Below, piece after piece: positions 36,260 to 45,784 of a stretch of DNA of 51,038 bases. A program made the position numbers and the translations under genes. Every line of letters starts with the position of its first letter. Position 1 is the first letter of the stretch. Origin of the DNA: an uncultured Bacilli bacterium (GTDB lineage Bacteria; Bacillota_I; Bacilli_A; RF39; UBA660). The DNA lies in assembly GCA_944372215.1 (NCBI GenBank), contig CALVYL010000002.1, forward strand, positions 1-51,038. The letters are read 5' to 3'. The notes beneath the pieces are model-generated. The model saw only the letters and a program-made list of their open reading frames with translations, was not told the origin of the DNA and did not search any database.

Positions 36260-36967
36260 TTATAATAAGTTAATAATAACCAATATTAGTATACCTATAA
36301 TTATACCATAAATTGTCCATAAATGTTTAGCATTTTCTTTTATTTCCTTAAATAATTCAAATACAAGAATATGAACCAACATTCCCAGCGATAAAGCTAA
36401 TATTATACCCTGTAATAATTCATCTATATCTCCAAAGAAAAAGGTTATTAGTCCTCCTAAAAACGCGGATATAACTAATAAAAATACTAATAGCTTATTT
36501 TTAACGCCAGCAATTTGAAAACCAAATGGCAAATTATGTAAGCCTATTCCTACTACCATTAGTATACCACTATGTAAATTTTCTAAACCTATACTATATA
36601 AAGCCATACCTTCAATCAAATTGTGTAAAGATAAAGCTAAAATAGTAATTATGCTAACATGTTCTAATCTAGCTTTATGTTCTTTGGTATCTTCATCATT
36701 TTTATGATGATTATGATTATGGTGCGGTATTAACTTATCAATTAAAAACAATAAACAAAAGCCCAATATAACAAAAACAAACAAAACGGGATTATTTATT
36801 TCTATTAACTCCGGCAACAAATCAAAGATAATTAAACCTAAAATTACTACTGCAGCACAAGAAATTGCGGCAATAGTTAATTCTTTTTTATGTTTAACAA
36901 ATTTATATGCAATTAAACCTACTAAATAAAATAAACCACTTATTAATGTTAAAAACAATGCATTCAT
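36260..36967 (-). CDS. ZIP-family divalent metal transporter
   Basis: His-rich loop HHNHNHHKND, HNLIEGMAL and GLHNLPFG motifs. ATG at 36967 follows GGAGG SD. Confidence 0.75.
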   Translation of the reverse strand: MNALFLTLISGLFYLVGLIAYKFVKHKKELTIAAISCAAVVILGLIIFDLLPELIEINNPVLFVFVILGFCLLFLIDKLIPHHNHNHHKNDEDTKEHKARLEHVSIITILALSLHNLIEGMALYSIGLENLHSGILMVVGIGLHNLPFGFQIAGVKNKLLVFLLVISAFLGGLITFFFGDIDELLQGIILALSLGMLVHILVFELFKEIKENAKHLWTIYGIIIGILILVIINLL

Positions 36968-37034
36968 AAATATGCCTCCATTTAATATTTTACACTGTTT
37001 TTCCAACAATTAAAAGATATAACTAAAATTTTTA

Positions 37035-37424
37035 TTATAATTCTGTTGGAATCAAATAACTAAAAAAAGGAATATTTCGCATTATACCATAAATTATTAC
37101 TATAAATAATAAAATATACCAGACAAAATCAGGGATTACTAAATTAATATTAAATTTTTTTAAAACTAATTTAAATAACCAATAAATCATACTTAAAATC
37201 AATAATATAAAAACTAAAGGATTATATCTAAAAGCCTGATAAAAATCAAAATGAATTAAAGAAAATAAAAGACGAGTTATACCACATCCGGGACAATAAA
37301 AACCTGTTAATGTATAAAAGGGACAGGGAATACTAAAATTAGTATATATGCTTAAAAAATAATAGATAAAAAAACCTAAAATAGCAATTATACCTAATTT
37401 TAGATTCTTTTTTTCTGTAAACAT
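37035..37424 (-). CDS. DUF2752 family membrane protein
   Basis: CPFYTLTGFYCPGCGITR signature. Confidence 0.7.
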   Translation of the reverse strand: MFTEKKNLKLGIIAILGFFIYYFLSIYTNFSIPCPFYTLTGFYCPGCGITRLLFSLIHFDFYQAFRYNPLVFILLILSMIYWLFKLVLKKFNINLVIPDFVWYILLFIVIIYGIMRNIPFFSYLIPTEL

Positions 37425-37903
37425 TATTTAGAAAACCTATTTAAATCACTTTGGATCAAACAGTAATTTACAATTGATAAACCAAAAATAGCTAACAACA
37501 AATAAAGAACTGAATTATCTCCGACTGGTTTATTATATTTTTGACCTGCTTGATATAATTTTTGACCCATCTTATAATTCCAATATAAAGCATAAATACC
37601 ACAAGTAAGTATTGTAAATAAAAATGCCATTCCTCCAGATGCTCCCTGTTCATCGCTAACCATATTGGCTTCATCTGTCATCACAATAAACCAATAAATG
37701 CCATAGATTCCACAAGTAATAAAACTAAGTAAAATACATGTAACAATATTTCTTGTTGGTAAATTAACATTATTTTGGTTATTATAATTGTTAACAGTTG
37801 ATCCATTTTCATTATTAGTACTACCTAAATTAGTACCACATTTCGTACAAAAATTACTGCCTTCTGCAACCTCATTGCCGCAGTTAGGACAAAATCTTGC
37901 CAT
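37424..37903 (-). CDS. Zinc-ribbon plus DUF4234-like membrane protein
   Basis: FCPNCGNEV...FCTKCG zinc ribbon. Duplicated CGIYGIYWF / CGIYALYWNYK motifs in TM regions. Confidence 0.65.
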   Translation of the reverse strand: MARFCPNCGNEVAEGSNFCTKCGTNLGSTNNENGSTVNNYNNQNNVNLPTRNIVTCILLSFITCGIYGIYWFIVMTDEANMVSDEQGASGGMAFLFTILTCGIYALYWNYKMGQKLYQAGQKYNKPVGDNSVLYLLLAIFGLSIVNYCLIQSDLNRFSK

Positions 37904-37965
37904 AACTCTTTACCTCCTTAAACAATTAAATTGTATCATAATAATTATATTTCGACAACTATATT

Positions 37966-39027
37966 CTAAAAAAATCTTATAACATCTTGAATAGTAATGT
38001 AAATCATTAATAAGAATAATAATGCAAAGCCAATTAAATGACAAATACTTTCAAATTTAGCATTAACAGGACTACCTTTTATCTTTTCAATTATTAAGAA
38101 TAAAACATGTCCCCCATCAAAAGCTGGGAATGGTAAAATATTAATAAATCCAACATTTATTGATAAAAACGCAACGATATATAACATATAAGCTAAGCCA
38201 TAACTAATAGATGAATCAATTACCTCATACATACCCACTGGACCTGATAAAGCTTGTAATGATATTTTTCCTGTAAATAACCCTTCAATTGTCAAAGCCA
38301 TAGATTGAACAATACTGCCAAACTTTTGAAAAGCATATTTAATTGAACCCCACAATCCTGTCATTGTTTCCTGTTCAATATAAACTCCAAAAGTTTTAGT
38401 TTCAACGCCAGTTTCTTCGTCTTCACTCACTATAGGTTCTACACTAATTTCCTCAACATCGCCATTACTTTGTTCAATAGTTAAATCATAAATATTGTCT
38501 TCACTTTCCATAATAAGTAGTATCTGAGCAGCATCCCAATTAGATACCTTACGACCATTAATCTCTAATATTCTATCTCCTGCCACAACACCAGCCTCAG
38601 CCATTGGCATATCTGCAACAACATCTCTAACTACTGGTATATTAACAGTACCTCCCCAAATTAAAGAACTTATAAACAAAATAAGTAAAGCCAACAAAAA
38701 GTTATTGAAAACACCTGCCACCAAAATAATTACTCTTTGATACCAAGGCTTATTACACATAAATGACTTTTTATCTATTTTATCATCATCTTCATAAACC
38801 TCACCAGCCATTGATACAAATCCGCCGATTGGTACAGCCCGCAGGTTATAATCGATATTATCTTTTTTCCCCTTATGAGTAAATATAATTGGTCCCATGC
38901 CAATTGAAAATTCATATATATGCACTTTAAAAATCTTAGCCCAAATAAAATGACCAAATTCATGAACTAAAATTATAATTCCTAAAATAAATATTAAAAC
39001 TAATAATGAAACAAACCACATATGCAT
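37966..39027 (-). CDS. rseP: RIP zinc metalloprotease RseP/RasP (site-2 protease, M50)
   Basis: HEFGHF motif, central PDZ-like region, and downstream NxxPxxxxDGG (NILPFPAFDGGH). Confidence 0.9.
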   Translation of the reverse strand: MHMWFVSLLVLIFILGIIILVHEFGHFIWAKIFKVHIYEFSIGMGPIIFTHKGKKDNIDYNLRAVPIGGFVSMAGEVYEDDDKIDKKSFMCNKPWYQRVIILVAGVFNNFLLALLILFISSLIWGGTVNIPVVRDVVADMPMAEAGVVAGDRILEINGRKVSNWDAAQILLIMESEDNIYDLTIEQSNGDVEEISVEPIVSEDEETGVETKTFGVYIEQETMTGLWGSIKYAFQKFGSIVQSMALTIEGLFTGKISLQALSGPVGMYEVIDSSISYGLAYMLYIVAFLSINVGFINILPFPAFDGGHVLFLIIEKIKGSPVNAKFESICHLIGFALLFLLMIYITIQDVIRFF

Positions 39028-39033
39028 CTCTCC

Positions 39034-39822
39034 TTATATTATTAATAAAAACATATACATTAAAAACACAAATATGACACTATCTATTCTATCGAGGATT
39101 CCCCCATGACCAGGCATAATATTAGAAAAATCTTTAATGTCATTTTCTCTTTTTATCTTACTCATTACTAAATCCCCCATTTGGCCAACAATAGATAAAA
39201 ACATACTAACAATAACTATCCTTAAAGTAAAATCACCTACAAGTAATCCATAAAATATAACTCCCACTAAAGAACCACCAATTAAGCCTACAACTGAACC
39301 TTCCCAAGTCTTTTTAGGACTTAATTTAGGACACATTTTATGTTTACCAAACATTTTACCACCAAGCATAGCAAATATATCTGTTACAAGGGGTACAATT
39401 AATAAATAAACAAATAAATATAATCCGCGATTTCTAATGACAATAAATAAATTAAATATAATTCCCAATAGTAAAGTTATACCAATTAAATAAAAAGCAT
39501 CTTTAGTTGTATATTTATCATTTTGATAAAATATAACTGGCAATAACAATAATAATAACATCATTGTTATAACTTGATAAGTAATTCCCCGATAAACCGA
39601 AAAATTTAAATAATTGGATAAAACCAAGGAAAGTAAACAAAACAATCCTAAAAATATCATTAGCTTAGGATATTCGCCATGTGATTTTTTTAAATCTATT
39701 AATTCCTTATATGCTAGCATCGCCACAACAAAAACTCCCAATGCAAAAAAATAATCACCTAAAATAATTAAAGGTACTACTATAATAAGAGCAACAATGG
39801 CACTAATAATTCTTTTTTTCAT
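39034..39822 (-). CDS. cdsA: Phosphatidate cytidylyltransferase
   Basis: SKIKRENDIKDFSNIMPGHGGILDRIDS signature. ATG at 39822 follows AGAGGT SD. Confidence 0.9.
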   Translation of the reverse strand: MKKRIISAIVALIIVVPLIILGDYFFALGVFVVAMLAYKELIDLKKSHGEYPKLMIFLGLFCLLSLVLSNYLNFSVYRGITYQVITMMLLLLLLPVIFYQNDKYTTKDAFYLIGITLLLGIIFNLFIVIRNRGLYLFVYLLIVPLVTDIFAMLGGKMFGKHKMCPKLSPKKTWEGSVVGLIGGSLVGVIFYGLLVGDFTLRIVIVSMFLSIVGQMGDLVMSKIKRENDIKDFSNIMPGHGGILDRIDSVIFVFLMYMFLLII

Positions 39823-39883
39823 TATCTTACCTCTATTAAAATATATCATAATTTATGTTTTTTTACAATTGAAAAAGTAGATT

Positions 39884-40315
39884 TTACTCTACTTTATCAT
39901 CAAAACCTTCTATTTCATCTAATTGATCTTCAACAAGAGCTCTAAATCGTCTTTTATAAACAGATACTTTTCTTCTTAAAGATTCGGCCTCAGCTTCAAT
40001 TTTCTCAGCTTTAACTAAAGCATTATTGATAACTTTCGTAGCATTTCTTCTGGCATCTTCTAATATTGTCTTTGACTCATCATAAGCCACTTTCTTAATA
40101 TTACTAGTTGACTCTTCTGCTACTAAAATTGCTCTATTTAAAGTTGTTTCGATATCTTTATAATGTTTTAATTCTTTTTTTAATTCTTCATTATATTGAC
40201 AACTTTTTTTGAGCTTATTTAACATGCTTTCATATTCAACAATAACCTCTTTAACAAAGTTATTAACCTCTTCCTTATTATAGCCTTGAATACTTGTACT
40301 AAACTTATTTACCAT
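39884..40315 (-). CDS. DivIVA-domain protein
   Basis: F.T...GYNKEEVNNFVKEV N-terminal DivIVA motif followed by coiled coil. The start could instead be TTG 40330. Confidence 0.7.
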   Translation of the reverse strand: MVNKFSTSIQGYNKEEVNNFVKEVIVEYESMLNKLKKSCQYNEELKKELKHYKDIETTLNRAILVAEESTSNIKKVAYDESKTILEDARRNATKVINNALVKAEKIEAEAESLRRKVSVYKRRFRALVEDQLDEIEGFDDKVE

Positions 40316-40323
40316 AAAGCGGC

Positions 40324-40737
40324 CTACCAATCTAGTTCTTCATCAGTATTATTCTTACTCGTTTTTTCTGACTCATCACTTATTTTACCCTGAACATTAA
40401 CATTTTTCGGAGTACATAAATAAATTCCCACACCAATTTTTTGCATTGAACCACCAATAGCATAAATAACCCCACTTAAAAAGTCAATAATTCGCTTAGC
40501 TTGATCACTAGTTACTCTCTTTAAGTTAACAACAACACTATTCCTATTTTTAAGATGATCAGCAATTTGTTGGGATTCTGAATAAGCTCTAGGTTCTAAC
40601 AAAATCATTTTATTACCAGATTTATCGGCCTCTTTAATAGCTTCTTCTTCACTCATTGAGTAATATTCATCTTCAGTACCAACTAAATTATCATCGTCAC
40701 CATCATAACTAAATATTTTCTTTAAGTTTAAACCCAT
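40324..40737 (-). CDS. sepF: Cell division protein SepF
   Basis: ILLEPRAYSESQQIADHLKNRNSVVVNLKRV...AKRIIDFLSGVIYAIGG is canonical SepF. Confidence 0.9.
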   Translation of the reverse strand: MGLNLKKIFSYDGDDDNLVGTEDEYYSMSEEEAIKEADKSGNKMILLEPRAYSESQQIADHLKNRNSVVVNLKRVTSDQAKRIIDFLSGVIYAIGGSMQKIGVGIYLCTPKNVNVQGKISDESEKTSKNNTDEELDW

Positions 40738-40796
40738 ATGGATTCCTCCCTAGTCTACTATTTTAATTCTATCAAATTTTTTTCAACTTAGCAATA

Positions 40797-42170
40797 CTAA
40801 AGCTCTATTTTTTTATTAATATATTTAATAACCTCATCCACACTCAATGTTACTTGTTCCATTGTATCTCTATCTCTTAAAGTAACTGTATCATTTTTTA
40901 AAGTATCATCATCTATAGTCACACAAAAAGGTGTCCCAATAGCATCGCTTCTTCTATATCTTTTACCAATTGATCCTGATTCATCATAAGAACAAGCAAA
41001 ATATTTGCAAAGACGAGCATATACATCATTAGCTTTATCCGCATGGACTTTTTTGATTAATGGTAGTATTGTTACTTTATATGGAGCTAATGCTGGATGA
41101 ATTTTTAAAACTACTCTCTCTTCATCATTTACCATTTCCTTTGTATAAGAATTTACTAAAATTGCTAGCAACAATCGATCTAAACCAACAGATGGTTCAA
41201 TAACAAATGGCAAATATTTTTCATTAGTTTCTGGGTCTAAATATCTAAGATCTGCACCACTATGGTTTTGATGAACAGATAAATCATAATCAGTTCGATC
41301 AGCAATACCCCACAATTCACCCCAACCAAAAGGAAATAAAAATTCAATATCGGTTGTGGCTTTACTATAAAATGCCAATTCCTCTTTAGCATGATCTCTA
41401 AATCTTAATTTTTCGCTATCAAGACCTATGGTTTTCAAAAAATCCATACAATAATTTTTCCAGTAACCAAACCACTCTAAATCGGTATTTGGTTTACAAA
41501 AAAATTCTAGTTCCATTTGTTCAAATTCTCTAGTTCTAAAAATAAAATTACCTGGAGTTATTTCATTTCTAAAAGCCTTACCAGTTTGAGCAATACCAAA
41601 TGGTAATTTAAGGCGCATTGCTCTTTCCACATTTTTAAAATTAACAAATATACCTTGAGCCGTTTCTCCTCTTAAGTATACGGTATTTTTACCTTCATCA
41701 GTAACTCCAATAGATGTTTCAAACAACAAATTAAACTTTCTAATCGGAGTAAAATCAGTCCCTCCACAAACAGGACATTTTATATTATTTTCTTTAATAA
41801 AGGTTTCTAGTTTTTCATTATCCCAACCATCACCAGTTATTTCACCGTGAGTTGCATCTTCAATTAATTTATCGGCCCGATGTCTACTCTTACATTTCTT
41901 ACAATCTATTAGGGGATCAGCAAATGAAGCAACATGACCCGATGCTACCCAAACCTCTGGATTCATAATTATAGCACTATCAAGACCATAATTGTAAGGA
42001 TTTTCTTGAATAAATTTCTTTTTCCAAACCCATCTAATATTTTCTTTTAAATTAGTACCTAGTGGGCCATAATCCCAAGAATTAGCAAGTCCATTATATA
42101 TTTCACTGCCTTGAAATATAAAACCATATTGTTTAGCATAATTTACTAATTCTTCCATAGTTAATTTCAT
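40797..42170 (-). CDS. glyQS: Glycine--tRNA ligase (homodimeric GlyQS type)
   Basis: Class II aaRS with FRNEITPGNFIFRTREFEQMELEFF. ATG at 42170 follows GAGAGGA SD, and the track's TTG at 42179 is probably not used. Confidence 0.9.
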   Translation of the reverse strand: MKLTMEELVNYAKQYGFIFQGSEIYNGLANSWDYGPLGTNLKENIRWVWKKKFIQENPYNYGLDSAIIMNPEVWVASGHVASFADPLIDCKKCKSRHRADKLIEDATHGEITGDGWDNEKLETFIKENNIKCPVCGGTDFTPIRKFNLLFETSIGVTDEGKNTVYLRGETAQGIFVNFKNVERAMRLKLPFGIAQTGKAFRNEITPGNFIFRTREFEQMELEFFCKPNTDLEWFGYWKNYCMDFLKTIGLDSEKLRFRDHAKEELAFYSKATTDIEFLFPFGWGELWGIADRTDYDLSVHQNHSGADLRYLDPETNEKYLPFVIEPSVGLDRLLLAILVNSYTKEMVNDEERVVLKIHPALAPYKVTILPLIKKVHADKANDVYARLCKYFACSYDESGSIGKRYRRSDAIGTPFCVTIDDDTLKNDTVTLRDRDTMEQVTLSVDEVIKYINKKIEL

Positions 42171-42193
42171 ATAAATCAATTCCTCTCATAACC

Positions 42194-42202
42194 ATTATAT
42201 CA
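42194..42202 (-). promoter_or_regulatory. Extended -10 element (TGATATAAT) for glyQS
   Basis: Minus strand TGaTATAAT ending 23 nt upstream of the glyQS ATG. The -35 is weak. Confidence 0.4.
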
Positions 42203-42265
42203 TTAATCGAACATAAAAGTACACAAAAACTTAATTTTATATTTTTATCTTTAGTCAATTGTTTA

Positions 42266-42294
42266 TTGTAAATAAACCACTATTATGCTATACT
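42266..42294 (+). promoter_or_regulatory. Sigma-A promoter of the HExxH gene
   Basis: TTGTAA (42266-42271), 17-nt spacer, TATACT (42289-42294). GGAGG SD lies 6 nt before ATG 42322. Confidence 0.45.
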
Positions 42295-42321
42295 TAATTT
42301 ATCAAAGTATGGAGGTTTTGG

Positions 42322-43308
42322 ATGAATCAAAATATACTTAATTTACATAACTCTATTAATAAATATTTTAGCAATTTATTAGAAACTAAATATTTGAAAA
42401 ATATTATATTAGATAAAAATTATAATATTATATTTGATCATACTATTAATTTTAATGGTTATTTTGTTAATGGTTTAATATATAATAAAAACAACAAAAT
42501 AACCATTAAAATTAATCCTTATTCTACTGAATCTATTTTATTTATTCTAATACATGAGTTAACTCATGTACTTAATAAAAATAAATTAAAAGAATTAGTT
42601 ATCAATTATTTAATTCAAGAATTAGATTTAATTAAAGATAATTATATAATTAGTGATGAACTAATTTGTGATATTGCTGGTGTATTACTTGGTAATACTA
42701 AATTTTTGAATTATTTATATTATAATAACACTTATAATATAAATATTAATAATAATTATGATAGATTTATAAATGATTTTTTAGTTAATTGGAAATATTG
42801 TTATAGAAATAATTTATTTTCTATAACTGATGAAATATACTATGAAATGGTAAGTGATTCTAAATATGGAAGCTACTGGGTTATTGAAGATAAAAAAGAT
42901 ATATTTAAAAATGAAAACAGAAAAGAATTACGAATTAAAACATATGATTATATTTTTAATGGAAATAAAAATTTTAATAATATTAAAGATACTATTGATA
43001 ACCATAATATATCATTTGTCAGATTATCTGCCAAAGAATTTACTATGGGAACAAATTCAAAGAAATTAAAGCATAATGATTACTATAACAAAATGCGAAT
43101 TTTACCAAGCTTAGATGATTTAATTAATAATGCAGAAATAAAATTCCATTCGCCACTTAAGCACTATAATAAAACGTTTAGTAAAGGATTTAACAACTAT
43201 CAAGGAAAAGTAAAAATAGATAATTGTATTTATAGATACATAATTAGAATTGGTATAGCAAAACATGATTATATATTTTACGACATAACATTGTATAGAT
43301 TAAAGTAA
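42322..43308 (+). CDS. Asn/Ile/Tyr-rich hypothetical protein with HExxH zincin motif
   Basis: LFILIHELTHVLNK (HExxH). 328 aa. Extremely AT-rich. No signal peptide or TM segment. Confidence 0.6.
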   Translation: MNQNILNLHNSINKYFSNLLETKYLKNIILDKNYNIIFDHTINFNGYFVNGLIYNKNNKITIKINPYSTESILFILIHELTHVLNKNKLKELVINYLIQELDLIKDNYIISDELICDIAGVLLGNTKFLNYLYYNNTYNININNNYDRFINDFLVNWKYCYRNNLFSITDEIYYEMVSDSKYGSYWVIEDKKDIFKNENRKELRIKTYDYIFNGNKNFNNIKDTIDNHNISFVRLSAKEFTMGTNSKKLKHNDYYNKMRILPSLDDLINNAEIKFHSPLKHYNKTFSKGFNNYQGKVKIDNCIYRYIIRIGIAKHDYIFYDITLYRLK

Positions 43309-43375
43309 AAAAAGGAACCGTCAAAGTACCTGGCACAATTAGTGCGTCACTCATTAATAAAACCGTTTCCTTTTT
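43309..43375. terminator. Possible bidirectional terminator with large structured loop between the convergent HExxH gene and tdk
   Basis: A-run plus GGAACCG (43309-43320) pairs imperfectly with CCGTTTCC plus T-run (43363-43375). An inner hairpin AATTAGTG-CGT-CACTCATT lies around 43338-43356. Confidence 0.3.
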
Positions 43376-43418
43376 CTATTAATAATATACTATATATTTT
43401 ATTATCTGTCAACAACGT

Positions 43419-44012
43419 TTATTTTAATTTATTACCTAAAACATATTCTAAGTAGTGATCACTACAAAGAGGAATATATTCTATATTATCATGTTCACCA
43501 TCTATTACTACCTCTTTACCACTTGAGGAATATTTACCATTTACCCGTCTGGCATTAAACATAGCAGGTCTGCCACAAGAACAATTAACAGTCAGTTCAT
43601 GCTTTTCATCACTCCTAGCAAATAATTGCGCACTACCTTCAAATAAATCACCCTTAAAATTACTTTTTAAAGCATAACAAATAACTGAGATATTAAATTT
43701 ATGAGCTATATACCAAAGCTCATTTATTTGCTTTTTAGTTAAGAATTGTGCTTCATCCACCAAAATAAATTCCGCATATTTATATTTGTTAAAATACTTT
43801 TTGGAAAGCAAACTCGCTGTTTTAGGTATCAAAATATCAGCCTTAATACTTGATCCCGTTCTATTTATTACCGTAAGTCCCCCTTTAGTATCAATCTTTG
43901 GTTTCATAACAAGTAAATTAATTAAATATTTAGAATAATTATAATGATCTTGAATCAACTTTGTTGTTTTGCCGGTTTCCATAGTTCCATAATAAAGAGT
44001 TAAGTTTGCCAT
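43419..44012 (-). CDS. tdk: Thymidine kinase
   Basis: P-loop GTMETGKT, VDEAQFL, and C-terminal zinc cluster CSCGRPA...PLCSDHY. Confidence 0.9.
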   Translation of the reverse strand: MANLTLYYGTMETGKTTKLIQDHYNYSKYLINLLVMKPKIDTKGGLTVINRTGSSIKADILIPKTASLLSKKYFNKYKYAEFILVDEAQFLTKKQINELWYIAHKFNISVICYALKSNFKGDLFEGSAQLFARSDEKHELTVNCSCGRPAMFNARRVNGKYSSSGKEVVIDGEHDNIEYIPLCSDHYLEYVLGNKLK

Positions 44013-44040
44013 AATCCATCACCATTTCTATTGTATCACT

Positions 44041-44766
44041 TTATAATAGATTTTTTAAGAAATTTTTACTATTTAAATAAAGACCAGTATATTTTTCATA
44101 GTACATATCCAAAAAACTATTAATTGTTTTTTTTATATCTTCATCAATTTTAATATTACTAATACTTTTAATATTTACATAATAATACATTCTTAACATC
44201 TTTATTACTTTAGGACTTACTAAGTATTCATTAGTTAAACAATTACTACAAATAAAGCCCCCAACATCAGCAGAAATTGTGGCAATATTAGTTTTATTGC
44301 CACAAATAACACATTCATCTAAATTAAATAAAACTCCTAATTTTTCTAAATATTTAATTTCTAATATATTGGTTATTACTAATGGATCCAATCCTTCTTC
44401 TATTTTTAAAATAGCATTAATAAAATCATCATAAATATTACTAACATTGCTTTGTTTAACAACTTGGCTGGTTAATTCCGCTATATAAGTTAAATAACTA
44501 ATTAAAAAAATATCACTGCGGATATTTTTTAGAGGATTAATAATATCAGCACTAACTAAAGTAGAAAGTTTATTTTCTTTATAATAAATGTTAAATTTAG
44601 CATAAGTTAGTTTTAATGTTGCTACTCTATTTTTACTTTTCATTGAGGCTGCACCTTTAGCAATAATGCCAATTATGCCATATTCTTTTGTTAATACATT
44701 TATTATTTTACTACTTTCCCCATAGGGGGTTTCTGTTAAAATAAAACCTTCTACCTCTTTAAGCAC
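44041..44766 (-). CDS. recO: DNA repair protein RecO
   Basis: 241 aa with OB-fold N-terminus and zinc finger CVICG...CSNC. GTG start. Follows era-yqzL as in Bacillus. Confidence 0.85.
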   Translation of the reverse strand: MLKEVEGFILTETPYGESSKIINVLTKEYGIIGIIAKGAASMKSKNRVATLKLTYAKFNIYYKENKLSTLVSADIINPLKNIRSDIFLISYLTYIAELTSQVVKQSNVSNIYDDFINAILKIEEGLDPLVITNILEIKYLEKLGVLFNLDECVICGNKTNIATISADVGGFICSNCLTNEYLVSPKVIKMLRMYYYVNIKSISNIKIDEDIKKTINSFLDMYYEKYTGLYLNSKNFLKNLL

Positions 44767-44768
44767 TT

Positions 44769-44855
44769 TTATCCCTTCTTAATTTTTTTATATTCTAAAT
44801 AATCTTCAACTTTACCACTACTAGCAAATTTTTTCCATGCTTCCTTTTTATTCAT
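44769..44855 (-). CDS. yqzL: YqzL-family small protein (28 aa; below the ORF-track cutoff)
   Basis: Hand translation gives MNKKEAWKKFASSGKVEDYLEYKKIKKG. GGTGA SD upstream. Conserved era-yqzL-recO position. Confidence 0.6.
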   Translation of the reverse strand: MNKKEAWKKFASSGKVEDYLEYKKIKKG

Positions 44856-44895
44856 TTTTATCACCTAATTATATATTGGGTAAATTTTTTTAATT

Positions 44896-45780
44896 TTATT
44901 CATTATCTACAAAACCTAATTCAATTAAATATTTTTCCTTTTCTTTCCAATTCTTTATAGTTTTAACAAATAATTCTAAATATACTTGTTTACCAACTAA
45001 TTCTTGAATATCTCGTCTTGCTAGTGTTCCAACTTGCTTTAACATACTACCGTTTTTACCAATAACAATCTTTTTCAAAGAATCTCTATCAACTATTATA
45101 TCAACATTGATATTAATAATATCCTTTTTTTCTTCGTATTTGGTGGTATAACAAGTTATAGAATGGGGAACCTCTTCTTCCGTTAGCATTAAAAGTTTTT
45201 CCCGAACAATTTCACTTACCATAAATTTAATAGAACTACTAGTATAGTAATCATCCGGAAAATATTGAACCTCATCATGTAAATATTTTTTTATTACTTG
45301 AATCAATCTCCGAATATTATCAAACTTTAAAGCTGATACTGGTACAATTTCTACAAAGGGATAAATATTTTTATATTTATCAATTGTTTCTAACAAATAA
45401 CCATCATCAACGCCATCTATTTTATTAATAACTAAAATTACCGGTACATCAGTTGCTTTAAGCATATTTAAAATAAACATATCCCCTTTACCAATACCCG
45501 AGATAATATCTACCACAAATAAAAGTAAATCGACATCTTTAGTCATACTTAATGCTTCTTTATTTAACACTTTACCTAATCTATTCTGAGGTTTATGTAT
45601 TCCCGGAGTATCGACAAAAACTATTTGGTAACCGGGTTCATTATAAATTCCTTGAATAATATTTCTAGTTGTTCCTGAAACATTACTAGTAATTGCTATT
45701 TTATGATTAATTATGGCATTTAAAAGTGTACTTTTACCAACATTAGGTCTACCTATAATGCTTACAAAACCACTTTTCAT
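44896..45780 (-). CDS. era: GTPase Era
   Basis: GRPNVGKST, DTPG and NKID G-motifs plus C-terminal KH domain. 294 aa. Confidence 0.95.
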   Translation of the reverse strand: MKSGFVSIIGRPNVGKSTLLNAIINHKIAITSNVSGTTRNIIQGIYNEPGYQIVFVDTPGIHKPQNRLGKVLNKEALSMTKDVDLLLFVVDIISGIGKGDMFILNMLKATDVPVILVINKIDGVDDGYLLETIDKYKNIYPFVEIVPVSALKFDNIRRLIQVIKKYLHDEVQYFPDDYYTSSSIKFMVSEIVREKLLMLTEEEVPHSITCYTTKYEEKKDIININVDIIVDRDSLKKIVIGKNGSMLKQVGTLARRDIQELVGKQVYLELFVKTIKNWKEKEKYLIELGFVDNE

Positions 45781-45784
45781 AATA

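Noticed and set aside
37492-38963. Minus-strand alternative-frame ORFs 37492..37674 and 38775..38963 nested in the DUF4234 and rseP genes
   Set aside because: They are nested out-of-frame ORFs with no start signals, and the host frames carry clear family motifs.
42854-43069. 71-aa same-strand alternative-frame ORF inside the HExxH gene
   Set aside because: It is fully nested in a longer ORF that has a promoter, an SD and the HExxH motif. There is no independent start signal.
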